Source: an uncultured Candidatus Saccharibacteria bacterium (GTDB taxonomy: Bacteria > Patescibacteriota > Saccharimonadia > Saccharimonadales > CAZARM01). From it: a stretch of 64,000 nucleotides of DNA. Position 1 is the stretch's first letter. Each line of letters begins with the position of its first letter. The stretch spans positions 7,526-71,525 of the forward strand of contig CAYXCB010000001.1 of the NCBI GenBank assembly GCA_964463635.1. The letters are read 5' to 3'. This document shows positions 48,305 to 57,170 of this stretch, piece by piece. Below the pieces are notes generated by a model. That model was not told the DNA's origin, did not search any database, and saw only the letters and a program-made list of their open reading frames with translations. A program made the position numbers and the translations under genes.

Positions 48305-49135
48305 TTATTTACCTTCGGCTTTGTTGCGGGCTGAACGGATTACGTTATCGAATAAGGCGCAGACGGTCAACGGCCCTACCCCGCCCTTTTCAGGGGTAAT
48401 GGTAATGTCCGGCAATTCTCGGACGCCAGGATCAACGTCACCAATCAAGCCGTTTTTGTCTGTGGCAACGCCCGCATCGACAATAACCGCATCAGGTTTG
48501 ACCATGTCTTTTTTGACCAGCCCGGGAACACCAGTAGCGCAGACTAAGACGTCTGCTTCTTTGATGATTGACGCAATGTTTTCAGTGTGGCGGTCGGCTA
48601 TGGACACTTTATGGCCGGAGTCTTTCCAAATTCTAGCTAATGGCCGGCCAACTAAACGGCCGTGGCCTATAATTGCTAAGTTTTTACCCTGCAGATCGAC
48701 ATTGTAACCAGCCAGCAGCCAATTAATAGCCAATGGTGTAGCAGGGTCAAAATTCGTATGCTCAGCTAGTCCGTCGACGTCCTTGCTGGGGCTGACAGCA
48801 TTCAGGATTTCATTAGTTTGGGTTGGGTCTGGCAAGGGTATCTGGACGATAATGCCGTGTACGCCGGCGTCTACGTTGAGTTCGTTGATTCTTTTCAGCG
48901 CTTCGGCCTGGCTAACTGTGTGAACGTCGACTTCTATATCAATATCCGACCCGTAGCCTTGTTTGAGCTTCATATAGCTATCCACGACCGGATCGGGATT
49001 GGTCCGAATTATGGCTAGTCTCGGGGTAATGGCATGCGCCTGACGCAAACTGCGCACTTCATGAGCTTGCCGCTGCTTTATAAACTCCGCTAGTTCTTTA
49101 CCGTTTAGTAATTTCATACCGAGATAGTGTATCAA
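48305..49135 (-). CDS. folD: bifunctional methylenetetrahydrofolate dehydrogenase/cyclohydrolase FolD
   Basis: Characteristic N-terminus MKLLNGKELAEFIK, NAD(P) Rossmann GHGRLVGRPLA, 276 aa. Confidence 0.85.
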   Translation of the reverse strand: MIHYLGMKLLNGKELAEFIKQRQAHEVRSLRQAHAITPRLAIIRTNPDPVVDSYMKLKQGYGSDIDIEVDVHTVSQAEALKRINELNVDAGVHGIIVQIPLPDPTQTNEILNAVSPSKDVDGLAEHTNFDPATPLAINWLLAGYNVDLQGKNLAIIGHGRLVGRPLARIWKDSGHKVSIADRHTENIASIIKEADVLVCATGVPGLVKKDMVKPDAVIVDAGVATDKNGLIGDVDPGVRELPDITITPEKGGVGPLTVCALFDNVIRSARNKAEGK

Positions 49136-49200
49136 TAAATTGTGGCTAGACTAAGACAAGAGCCTGGGGTGGGCTCTTGTCTTTTGCGAAAACTAATTTA

Positions 49201-49326
49201 CTAGCTTCGGTCTTTTGGGCGTCGTCCGCCGCCGCGGCTGGCTTCGCCGCCCATGCGGTGGATCTTATCCTTCATCTCCTTAGTCATATTCTTAGAACCA
49301 AGTCCACGCTTGTTTCGTTCGGCCAT
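49201..49326 (-). CDS. small basic hypothetical protein (41 aa), not in ORF track
   Basis: ATG with AAGGAG Shine-Dalgarno 7 nt upstream; MAERNKRGLGSKNMTKEMKDKIHRMGGEASRGGGRRPKDRS. Confidence 0.35.
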   Translation of the reverse strand: MAERNKRGLGSKNMTKEMKDKIHRMGGEASRGGGRRPKDRS

Positions 49327-49431
49327 GCACCACTCCTTTTTTAAATTAGCTTCTTAAGTTTATGTTTATTCAGCTGATTCCTCTGCGGTATTTCTCATAG
49401 CAATTACTTTTATTGTGAAAGTCACGCGGGT

Positions 49432-50283
49432 CTAGACGCAGGAATAGTTGTAGTCTAGGCCTTTAGACACAAATTGTGTCAGGACAACTTTGCCATTTGC
49501 AGTCAGAGGAGCTGCTTTACATGCTTGCTGAGCGGTTTTTTGGCTGGCTCCACCAGGACGCCAGTTATTTAAACCGTTCAAGTTACTGCCAGGAGTAACC
49601 GAACTGCCGACAATCTGACTCCATTGCGCGCCTGTAGAATATAGGCCGACTCGCCCGCCGAGTGACTTAAAGTACTCGGTCATGCCTTCCAGTACTGCTA
49701 CGTTGCTCTGATGATCAAATGTGCTGCCGGATAGTTTCCAAGTGTTTTCAGTCTCGACATCAAGCCACCATATATAGGCGTCTGGCGAAGTACTTACAGC
49801 AGCTTGGACGGCTGCCGGTTGGAAGCGGTCGCGCACATCTTCCAGCGAGCGGTTCCAGCCATATTGCCAGGCGCAGGCTAGCGAATCGCTGCCGTCGCAT
49901 GGGCCATGAGGATTTGCTGTTACATTGCCAGCCGGGTCGATATTACTTGTTGGCCATGAAGCTGTGCCTAAACCGCCAGGGTTGGCAGTATTTACATATA
50001 GCTGCAGTTTTTCTTGAGGCGTCCCGCCAACAGACTGCTTAGCCCAGATAAGCTGATCTTTTAGGCATGGGTTAGTAGTGGTGGCTAACCCGCCATTGAC
50101 GCCAACAATGCCGAATGCCTGCGTCTTAGGCAGTGTTTTGCCGCATTGCGGCCAAGACACGTCAATCCCTAGCGGTGTAGCAGAGCCTCCGCCGCTGACA
50201 GGTTTAGCCGCCATAGCGCTGGGGGCTATTAAAATAACAGATATAAAACTTAAAAACAAACCAAGTAAAAGGTTTTTCTTCAT
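49432..50283 (-). CDS. secreted glycoside-hydrolase-like protein (GH25/DUF1906-like), paralogue of 9766..10791
   Basis: Signal peptide MKKNLLLGLFLSFISVILIAPSAMA; GIDVSWPQCG...FGIVGVNGG...WWLDVE blocks shared with the paralogue. Confidence 0.5.
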   Translation of the reverse strand: MKKNLLLGLFLSFISVILIAPSAMAAKPVSGGGSATPLGIDVSWPQCGKTLPKTQAFGIVGVNGGLATTTNPCLKDQLIWAKQSVGGTPQEKLQLYVNTANPGGLGTASWPTSNIDPAGNVTANPHGPCDGSDSLACAWQYGWNRSLEDVRDRFQPAAVQAAVSTSPDAYIWWLDVETENTWKLSGSTFDHQSNVAVLEGMTEYFKSLGGRVGLYSTGAQWSQIVGSSVTPGSNLNGLNNWRPGGASQKTAQQACKAAPLTANGKVVLTQFVSKGLDYNYSCV

Positions 50284-50513
50284 CAGGACAGTATATCAAA
50301 CCAGGCTTTCCGACCAAGTGATTAGTCACCATATGCAATTCTAGCTAGTTAAGTTTCTGGTTGCTTCGTTGCTGTTTCTATGTACGGATTCATCACGGGA
50401 TCAAACGTGCAAGTATTGCATATATGTAGATCGTCAGATATTATTTAAGATAAGCGAAATGTGATCACTAGATCTCCTACTAAAACTAAAAAGAAAGGTA
50501 GGTTACCCTACTA

Positions 50514-51386
50514 ATGCAATATATGAAAAAACTTGGTGTCAAAACTTTATTGGCAGTATTTGCCGTGGCCTTTGCCATAGCTCTAAATGGGTCAGTTGTT
50601 GTACGTGCGGGCACTTCGCCCACCCTAAACAACCTACTAAGTTATTCCGTTCTAGGTGGCGCAGAAGTGACTTGTACCGGCTCGACCACCATAACCGGGG
50701 ATGTGGGAGTTAGCCCTGGCACTTCAATTTCTGGCTTTCCTAGTCCGTGTGTTGTTGGCCCTCCGGGCACAACGCATTCCAATGACGCCAGCGCCATAGC
50801 GGCTCAAGCCGAAAACCTCGTTGTCTTTGGCGCTCTTGACCAAACCTGTGATCAGACTTTTGGCGCGGTAGATCTGACTGCAACCTTTCCATCAGGTGTC
50901 GGACCTGGTGTCTATTGTTCCACCAGCAGCTTCTCGCTGAGCGGGAATCTAACCCTTACCGGGGCTGGTGTATGGATTTTTAAAACAGTATCTACATTAA
51001 TTACCTCACCAGGTTCATCTGTTACCGGTGGCGACCCGTGTAATGTATGGTGGAGAATCGGCAGCTCAACGACTCTCGATACGACTACTTCATTCGTAGG
51101 AAATGTTTTATCGCAAAACGGCGCTAACGCTATGAATACCGGCGCGACCTTGAACGGTCGATTCCTGGGACTAGCTGCTGCTACGGTGACGCTGGATGAT
51201 AATACGATCTCGGGACCAACATGCGTGCCTTCGTTTGGTCCAGGTGGTAGTACTACGCCAGGACTGCCCAATACGGGGATCAGTCCTGAGGACACAAGCA
51301 GCGCCTCGTGGAACATTCTCATACCCGCTGGGGTTGTCATTGCTCTAGTATCGCTCTACCTAGTTCGAAAGAAACGCGCACTATAA
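50514..51386 (+). CDS. LPXTG-anchored surface protein
   Basis: Signal peptide; C-terminal LPNTG, hydrophobic helix, RKKRAL tail; immediately upstream of a sortase gene. Confidence 0.65.
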   Translation: MQYMKKLGVKTLLAVFAVAFAIALNGSVVVRAGTSPTLNNLLSYSVLGGAEVTCTGSTTITGDVGVSPGTSISGFPSPCVVGPPGTTHSNDASAIAAQAENLVVFGALDQTCDQTFGAVDLTATFPSGVGPGVYCSTSSFSLSGNLTLTGAGVWIFKTVSTLITSPGSSVTGGDPCNVWWRIGSSTTLDTTTSFVGNVLSQNGANAMNTGATLNGRFLGLAAATVTLDDNTISGPTCVPSFGPGGSTTPGLPNTGISPEDTSSASWNILIPAGVVIALVSLYLVRKKRAL

Positions 51387-51410
51387 GCCAAGCATCGGTA
51401 AGGCTTATGC

Positions 51411-52025
51411 ATGAATTTATCGAAAACATCGTTTAAACGAACAGTATTCCTGCTAATCATTGTAGGATTTGCGTTCTCTCCAGCGTTTATTCGCTATTTC
51501 AGCTTAAGACCGACTCAGAACGACTCCGCGCTACTTGTAGTAGACCCGCCTACTATTGATAAAGAAAAGGTAAACCCGGGTTTGCCGACCCGTCTTAAGA
51601 TTCCAAAAATCAACGTTGATGCAGCTATTGAGCATGTGGGGCTTACTTCCGGGGGAGATATGGATATACCAAAAGGCCCAACTACTGCAGGCTGGTTCAG
51701 CCAGGGACCACGCCCTGGGGCAAATGGCAGTGCCGTGATTGACGGACATTTTGGATATAGAAATGACATACCGGCCATATTCGATAATCTTCATACCTTG
51801 CAGAAGGGGGACAATATTTATGTCGAAGATGATAAAGGAGCAATTATTATTTTCGTGGTTCGGGAGTCACGGCAATACAGTCCAAATGAAAATACCTCAA
51901 GTATATTTACTTCAAACGACGGCAAAACCCATCTAAACCTCATAACCTGCCAGGGAATTTGGAGTAATAGCCAAAGAAGCTACTCTAAGCGCTTAGTAGT
52001 ATTTGCTGATAAAGAAATAGAATAA
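51411..52025 (+). CDS. sortase (transpeptidase)
   Basis: N-terminal membrane anchor, catalytic His region and LITCQG (TLxTC) catalytic Cys motif. Confidence 0.7.
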   Translation: MNLSKTSFKRTVFLLIIVGFAFSPAFIRYFSLRPTQNDSALLVVDPPTIDKEKVNPGLPTRLKIPKINVDAAIEHVGLTSGGDMDIPKGPTTAGWFSQGPRPGANGSAVIDGHFGYRNDIPAIFDNLHTLQKGDNIYVEDDKGAIIIFVVRESRQYSPNENTSSIFTSNDGKTHLNLITCQGIWSNSQRSYSKRLVVFADKEIE

Positions 52026-52036
52026 GTTCTTAGCTC

Positions 52037-52378
52037 TCAGCTTTTAGAAATTTCAGCTAACCGACTACGCACAAGTTCTTTAATAATAGACTCGGGAAGG
52101 GGTTTATCTTCAGTAAACTGGATTGTGCCTTTGCCCAATTTATAGCCTTCGAGTTTATCTTTTATAGCTTCGGTTCGAGGCCCCGGAAATACACTCATAT
52201 GGTTTTTAAACGCCGCAAAGTGAATTAAATACTTACCCTTGTATTTCAATGTAGGGATGCCGTAGCTTATTACTTCCTCAGCGTCAGGCACCATTTGCTT
52301 AACGAGCTGGCGGATCTTTTCTAGTTCCGCTCTCTGTGAGGGCGTTGTGCTTTCTAGATACTCATCAATAACTATCAT
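52037..52378 (-). CDS. DUF1801 (YdhG-like) domain protein
   Basis: 113 aa; overall similarity to the DUF1801 family pattern (recalled, not computed). Confidence 0.5.
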   Translation of the reverse strand: MIVIDEYLESTTPSQRAELEKIRQLVKQMVPDAEEVISYGIPTLKYKGKYLIHFAAFKNHMSVFPGPRTEAIKDKLEGYKLGKGTIQFTEDKPLPESIIKELVRSRLAEISKS

Positions 52379-52399
52379 TACAATATATTATCAAATTAT

Positions 52400-52418
52400 T
52401 GGAGGGCCGGGAGGGACT
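52400..52418. repeat. putative att repeat (imperfect copy of tRNA-Lys 3' end: TGGAGGGCC..GGGACT)
   Basis: Matches the 3' ~20 nt of tRNA-Lys at 61996..62018 (TGGAGGGCCCAGTGGGACT) with 3 mismatches; lies exactly where chromosomal-type genes give way to XRE/ImmA. Confidence 0.45.
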
Positions 52419-52592
52419 TACTGCTTTAGATGAATTTTGGAGGTCTACCAAGGGAGTAGTTTATATATTTATATTGAGGAACTAATGCGATGGAGACAGC
52501 TATTGGATAACAGATACCGGCAAAATCAGCTTAACAAGCGTCGCAGTAGCGTTGTTTATTCCTAGTAGTGGTTACATACGCAGATTAAGAGG

Positions 52593-52820
52593 TCAGTGGT
52601 TACTGCCTTTTTCCTTGTCTTGATATATGTCATACACAAGATTAGCGAGGTCTTTAGCGTCCCTCTTCATTCTCAGCCTAGTTCTGGCTTGCTCTAAAGC
52701 GTCCTTTGCCAGCAAATCTAACGTAGTTATTACTTCCAGAATCTCGTCATCACTCATTCCGGTAGCGTTAGCACCGAGTATTTCCCGTGCTTCTTTAATA
52801 GAAACTATTGGATTCATCAT
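52593..52820 (-). CDS. hypothetical small protein
   Basis: 75-aa ORF downstream of ImmA on the same strand. Confidence 0.4.
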   Translation of the reverse strand: MMNPIVSIKEAREILGANATGMSDDEILEVITTLDLLAKDALEQARTRLRMKRDAKDLANLVYDIYQDKEKGSNH

Positions 52821-52828
52821 TCAAACGC

Positions 52829-53350
52829 CTAGAGTAATTTTATTAGTCCACTGTTTGTAATTTGAATCCACAGTGCGTCTTTACTTACCCCATACCGCTT
52901 CGCAAGTTCCTCAATATCTTTGATTCCAGCCTTTATATCAGCTCGTAGAAACTTAGTCGGCATTAACAGATATGCCGCAAAGTGGTCGGCTTCTTGCTCA
53001 TCAAAACTCTTGTAGCCGTGATGAAGGCTAGAGTTACCCATAACGTGTCCGAAGTAGAGATGGCCTATTTCGTGTGCAACCGAGAATCGTTGCCGTACAA
53101 CAGCCCTATTCTTATTATAAAGAATTACTAGTTGACCATTCCGATTAACAAGCATTGCGTCACGCTCCTTACCAGTGATACTTTCATCGGCTGGAACGAT
53201 TACGGCACCAAACTCATCTTTAATCAGCTTGTATATCTCATTGAGCCTGACAGGAGCTTGAGTAATTTTAGCGGATTTTAATAGTGCAAGGGTCTTATGC
53301 CTTGCTTCTGTGAACTTGGCTTCGTTAGTTGTCTGATTGCTTTCGTCCAT
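52829..53350 (-). CDS. ImmA/IrrE-family metallo-endopeptidase
   Basis: HEIGHLYFGH (HExxH) in a ~170-aa protein overlapping an upstream XRE repressor gene. Confidence 0.75.
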   Translation of the reverse strand: MDESNQTTNEAKFTEARHKTLALLKSAKITQAPVRLNEIYKLIKDEFGAVIVPADESITGKERDAMLVNRNGQLVILYNKNRAVVRQRFSVAHEIGHLYFGHVMGNSSLHHGYKSFDEQEADHFAAYLLMPTKFLRADIKAGIKDIEELAKRYGVSKDALWIQITNSGLIKLL

Positions 53351-53696
53351 CTTGGTTCTTTGACAGTTTCAACGCGTCAATAAACGATTCAACTCTTTTG
53401 ACGTCGTCTTGGTCTAGGTGTTCATCTGCTCTTAGAGCAATTTGTACGCTTGGCTGTGGGCTTGTTGTCGTGTCGCCTTTTATAAAGTAATTTACGTCAC
53501 GGTGAAGAAGCCTAGCTATCTCCTCCAAGTCGCTTATTTGAACTCTACGTTCACCAGCTTCAATGAGGGATATGGCAGTAGGCGACTTGTAGTCCAGCTT
53601 TTGAGCTAGTTCAGTCTGTGTTAGGCCCTCGGCTTCACGAGCTTTCTTGATTCTTGACCCAATCTGAGCGTACTTCTTTACTTCGTTGTTTTCCAT
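53325..53696 (-). CDS. XRE-family helix-turn-helix transcriptional regulator
   Basis: LTQTELAQKLDYKSPTAISLIEAGER HTH_3 motif. Confidence 0.8.
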   Translation of the reverse strand: MENNEVKKYAQIGSRIKKAREAEGLTQTELAQKLDYKSPTAISLIEAGERRVQISDLEEIARLLHRDVNYFIKGDTTTSPQPSVQIALRADEHLDQDDVKRVESFIDALKLSKNQDGRKQSDN

Positions 53697-53729
53697 ATTG
53701 ATATATTACATTTATCAGAAAGTATTGAC

Positions 53730-53765
53730 AAGCATTTATCGTTTTGATAAATTGATAATTACAAA
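53730..53765 (+). promoter_or_regulatory. candidate promoter (TTGACA-N17-TAAATT) with TTGATAA direct repeats in divergent XRE / DUF2188-TIR region
   Basis: Consensus -35 and near-consensus -10 with 17-nt spacer ahead of the DUF2188-TIR-membrane operon; operator-like repeats overlap. Confidence 0.4.
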
Positions 53766-53805
53766 CTAAACTCTTGAGGGTAAAACAAGGGGGAAAGGAC
53801 ACAAA

Positions 53806-54027
53806 ATGGCACGAAAAGTTTTTCACGTAGTACCTTACGGCACAAACTGGCAGGTCAAGCACAATGGTCAGGTACTTAGTAACCACACCTATAAGGCAAA
53901 CGCTATCAGCTCAGGGCAACTAGTAGCTAAAGCGAACCAGCCAAGCCAACTCGTAGTACATCGGGCTGATGGAACTATTGAGTTTGAGTACACATACGGT
54001 AACGACCCCTACCCACCAGTTGGGTAG
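53806..54027 (+). CDS. DUF2188-domain protein
   Basis: 73 aa; HVVPYGTNWQVKHNG...YGNDPYPP matches the DUF2188 pattern; GGGGAAAGG Shine-Dalgarno. Confidence 0.6.
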   Translation: MARKVFHVVPYGTNWQVKHNGQVLSNHTYKANAISSGQLVAKANQPSQLVVHRADGTIEFEYTYGNDPYPPVG

Positions 54028-54063
54028 GTCGTTCTTGCATTTAAGGGTAAAATATGGAGAGTT

Positions 54064-54642
54064 ATGAGTTTAGCGGACGAATTATATAGAGCTATGTACG
54101 GCCAGGAGCCAACTGTACCTAAGCCAATTAAGTGGAGCGGTTTCCTGCCGCCAGCGAAAGCTCAGCCTAAGCCAGGTTTTGTGCGAATAGCAAAACCGCA
54201 GCCACGCCCTTTCGTCAGAATTGCCAAGCCGAAGGTGTTTGTTAGCTTTGATTACGAGAATGACCGTCTTTATAAACAGGCATTGGATATGTGGGACGCC
54301 AATAAGCGTTTTGATTTTAGCTTTAAGAGTAATACACCCCAAGAAATCCAGTCCGAAAGCGTAGAAAGGGTAAAAGCAGTTCTGACAACAAAAGTAAAAG
54401 CGTCCAGTCACGTTGTAGTATTGGTTGGTAAATACGCCAACGAGCTGCACAGCGATAGTCAAAAAATTGGTTTTCGTAATTGGATAAACTTTGAAGTTTA
54501 CCAAGCACGTTATTATAAGAAGAAGGTTGTTGTTGTAATGCTAAGCCCGTACAACACACTACCTGAATGGTTGCGTGGTTCAGGTGCAACCCTAGTTAAC
54601 AGCTTCAACGAAAAAGAAATAATACAGGCCCTAAGTAAGTAG
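54064..54642 (+). CDS. TIR-like domain protein (ThsB / MTH538 DUF1863-like) with N-terminal Pro/Lys-rich tandem repeat
   Basis: KVFVSFDYEND beta-A motif (compare ThsB RVFFSFHYQD), central VVVLVG strand, and NWINFEV W-x3-E motif (putative catalytic Glu); N-terminal FVRIAKPQPRP / FVRIAKPK repeat. Confidence 0.6.
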   Translation: MSLADELYRAMYGQEPTVPKPIKWSGFLPPAKAQPKPGFVRIAKPQPRPFVRIAKPKVFVSFDYENDRLYKQALDMWDANKRFDFSFKSNTPQEIQSESVERVKAVLTTKVKASSHVVVLVGKYANELHSDSQKIGFRNWINFEVYQARYYKKKVVVVMLSPYNTLPEWLRGSGATLVNSFNEKEIIQALSK

Positions 54643-54647
54643 GCAAT

Positions 54648-55277
54648 ATGGCAAAACTAAGCGAAGATACAAAACTTGAAGTTCTGAGTGACCATTATAA
54701 GGAAACCGTTAACGATTTTAAGAAAACAGGCAAAAGTCGTGACCTAAACTTTTTTGCGGTACTTATATTCCTAGGTGTGATGACGTTCCAGTTCGTTTCT
54801 CCACACCAGTCACAAAGCATACTTACACAAGTAATTAACTCCCGCTTGGATATAGATGCAGCTCTTAGCATTAACCTGCTTGGTTCACTGATTTGGCTTG
54901 CATTGCTTTTCGCTGCGATTCGCTATTTTCAAGCCGTCATTAACCTTGAAAAACAGTACAACTACAGCCACGACCTTGAAGACTTATTAGCTAAAAGCTA
55001 TGACAATAAAGCGTTTACCCGTGAAGGCAAATCTTACCTGAAAGATTATCCTGTATTTTCAAAATGGGTACATTTTGTCTATCGTAAGCTGTTCCCGCTA
55101 CTCTTGGTTATTGCATTAACTGTAAAAATACTTGGAGAGTGGTTAGCCAATAAAACAAATGCGTTACCTCTAGCACTAGACTCTGTCATTTACGGAGCAC
55201 TGTTAGTGTCAATAGTCCTCTATGTCTACTCGTTGCAAAAGACTGAAAAGCACACAGAAAAAGACGTTAAAAAATAG
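54648..55277 (+). CDS. 4-TM membrane protein, candidate effector partner of the TIR protein
   Basis: Starts 5 nt after the TIR stop; four predicted TM helices with a ~60-aa cytoplasmic loop; no Macro/SIR2/SLOG motif recognisable. Confidence 0.5.
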   Translation: MAKLSEDTKLEVLSDHYKETVNDFKKTGKSRDLNFFAVLIFLGVMTFQFVSPHQSQSILTQVINSRLDIDAALSINLLGSLIWLALLFAAIRYFQAVINLEKQYNYSHDLEDLLAKSYDNKAFTREGKSYLKDYPVFSKWVHFVYRKLFPLLLVIALTVKILGEWLANKTNALPLALDSVIYGALLVSIVLYVYSLQKTEKHTEKDVKK

Positions 55278-55288
55278 CCCGACTTTAT

Positions 55289-55834
55289 TTATAGATTTGT
55301 TTCGTTGGAGAGCTTTATTCTGACTTTTTCAGTCATTGTATTGGTGCTGACATAGCCAAGTGCGTCTACATCTGGGTCGTAGAGTTCAATCATATCTAGG
55401 TCATTGCGTGGAAATACCCTCGCACCTTTTATTACTTTGCCGTCAATTAGCGACTGTTTTAATTCGCCGTATTGCTCTGGTTCAAGGTAGAAATCAACAT
55501 CTCCAACGTGGTTGCGATAAGGGTCTGGCTTACGAATATATAAATGAGTGTAGGTAGTTTCTGGGACATCGTCTTGAGCGGGAATAACAATAGGTTCGTG
55601 TAGAGTAAAGTATTTTTGATTTGGGTCATCAGATGGTTCGGTAAGTTCTTTACGAATTGCTAAAAGCCTTTCGTATTCGTCGTCGTAATGACAAAACACG
55701 CCCATATTGCCAGCATTAGGCAAGTATTTATCAAACGACTGTTTGCAGAGCTTATAACAAGCAAAGTGAATGTACTTTGTGGCTTCAACTAACTGGTCAT
55801 TGTTTTCTATGGGGCTAAATCTATAAAGTTTCAT
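55289..55834 (-). CDS. hypothetical protein
   Basis: 181-aa ORF, last gene of the minus-strand redox operon; no motif recognised. Confidence 0.4.
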   Translation of the reverse strand: MKLYRFSPIENNDQLVEATKYIHFACYKLCKQSFDKYLPNAGNMGVFCHYDDEYERLLAIRKELTEPSDDPNQKYFTLHEPIVIPAQDDVPETTYTHLYIRKPDPYRNHVGDVDFYLEPEQYGELKQSLIDGKVIKGARVFPRNDLDMIELYDPDVDALGYVSTNTMTEKVRIKLSNETNL

Positions 55835-55836
55835 TG

Positions 55837-56415
55837 CTAAAATCCTGGGTCGTTGAAGTAATCAATACTAAATATGTCAGAAGCCTCCGCAAAGTTATTA
55901 CGCTCCCACTGCATAAAGGGCTTGGGATTGCCTTTGGGTGATATTTCTTCGTTATAGAACTTGGGATTAACTTTAGCTTTGGCGTATCCACCAATTACCA
56001 TTAAGTGGTTGCCGCCTACATCTTTCGGTAAACCTATAATCTTGTATTCCACCCAACCCAAAGCGTCTTTTAGGACTGGTCCGTGTTCTGAAAAGTCCAA
56101 GTCTAAGCTATCGTTAAACTCCTCAATTTTATCTTTGCCGGAGTTGTAACCCGAATACTTTTGGCCGAGTTTCCATACTAGCTCAAGTTGCTCTCGGTGA
56201 GGAACAGATACAGTAAAGGCTTTAGCTGTTTTCAGGCTTTCGGCAGTAATCCAAGGTTTATAGACAGCAATCATCACCATACTAGGTTCGGTACTTATTG
56301 AGGTGATGTTATTGATTGGAATAATGTTTTGGCGACCATCTTCTGAAACAGTGCCAATTAGCACCACCAATCTAGGAGCAAGAATCCTGTGTATTTTGTC
56401 TGTTACTTCAATCAT
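55837..56415 (-). CDS. flavin reductase-like (FMN-binding split-barrel) protein
   Basis: Flavin_Reduct-like pattern (LVVLIGTVSEDGRQNIIPI...S.EPSMV..V). Confidence 0.55.
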   Translation of the reverse strand: MIEVTDKIHRILAPRLVVLIGTVSEDGRQNIIPINNITSISTEPSMVMIAVYKPWITAESLKTAKAFTVSVPHREQLELVWKLGQKYSGYNSGKDKIEEFNDSLDLDFSEHGPVLKDALGWVEYKIIGLPKDVGGNHLMVIGGYAKAKVNPKFYNEEISPKGNPKPFMQWERNNFAEASDIFSIDYFNDPGF

Positions 56416-56426
56416 AACTACTCTTC

Positions 56427-57167
56427 TTACCCTAGAACTTTTAAGCTCATACCGCCATCAATTACCAAAACTTCACCACATACGGCGTCATTCTTTGCAA
56501 GGAAAACTATACCGTCTGCAATTTCACTTGGCTCAATCCAACGGTTAATGAGATGTCCTGCGGCTTGTTTGGCTTTATATTCATCGTCCATATTGCCCCA
56601 CATTGGCGTCAGTGTTCTACCGGGTGCAACTGAATTTATGAGTATCTCTGGTGCAAGTGCTTTAGCTAGATTTTTCATATATGAATCAAGTGCCGCTTTC
56701 ATAGATGAGTAGGCAATGGCGTCTGGTCGTCCGTGGCCCAACTTTCCGTGGATTGATGAGACGAACACAATCTTGCCATTTTTCATCAACTTACGGGCTT
56801 CATTTGTGATACGGACTTGTGCAAGGAAATTAGTCTCAAAGACATTCTGAAAAGCATCAAGGCTTTCGGGTCTATCGTCTTCGTCAAATAAACCCGCACT
56901 GTTTACCAAAATATCAATTGCAGAAAACTTTTCCTTTATCTTTGTGAACATAATCTCAACTTCTTCCGGCTTTGAAATGTTCGCCTGTACAGTCAACGTT
57001 TCTACCGAGTTTTTAGCAGCTAGATTGGCCACTTCCTCTGCGGCCTTAACATCGTGGGAGTAGTTAATAATAACATTGGCACCTTCCTTAGCCATTGCCT
57101 CTACTGTGGCTCGGCCTATACCTTTAGAACCACCTGTTACTAATACTGTTTTGCCTTGCAATTTCAT
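56427..57167 (-). CDS. SDR-family oxidoreductase
   Basis: TGGSKGIG Rossmann motif and catalytic YSSMK (YxxxK). Confidence 0.8.
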   Translation of the reverse strand: MKLQGKTVLVTGGSKGIGRATVEAMAKEGANVIINYSHDVKAAEEVANLAAKNSVETLTVQANISKPEEVEIMFTKIKEKFSAIDILVNSAGLFDEDDRPESLDAFQNVFETNFLAQVRITNEARKLMKNGKIVFVSSIHGKLGHGRPDAIAYSSMKAALDSYMKNLAKALAPEILINSVAPGRTLTPMWGNMDDEYKAKQAAGHLINRWIEPSEIADGIVFLAKNDAVCGEVLVIDGGMSLKVLG

Positions 57168-57170
57168 AGA

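Noticed and set aside
54064-55277. Calling the TIR/4-TM pair a canonical Thoeris type I or II system
   Set aside because: No SIR2, SLOG or Macro signature could be recognised in the partner, so the pair is reported only as a candidate Thoeris-like or novel module.
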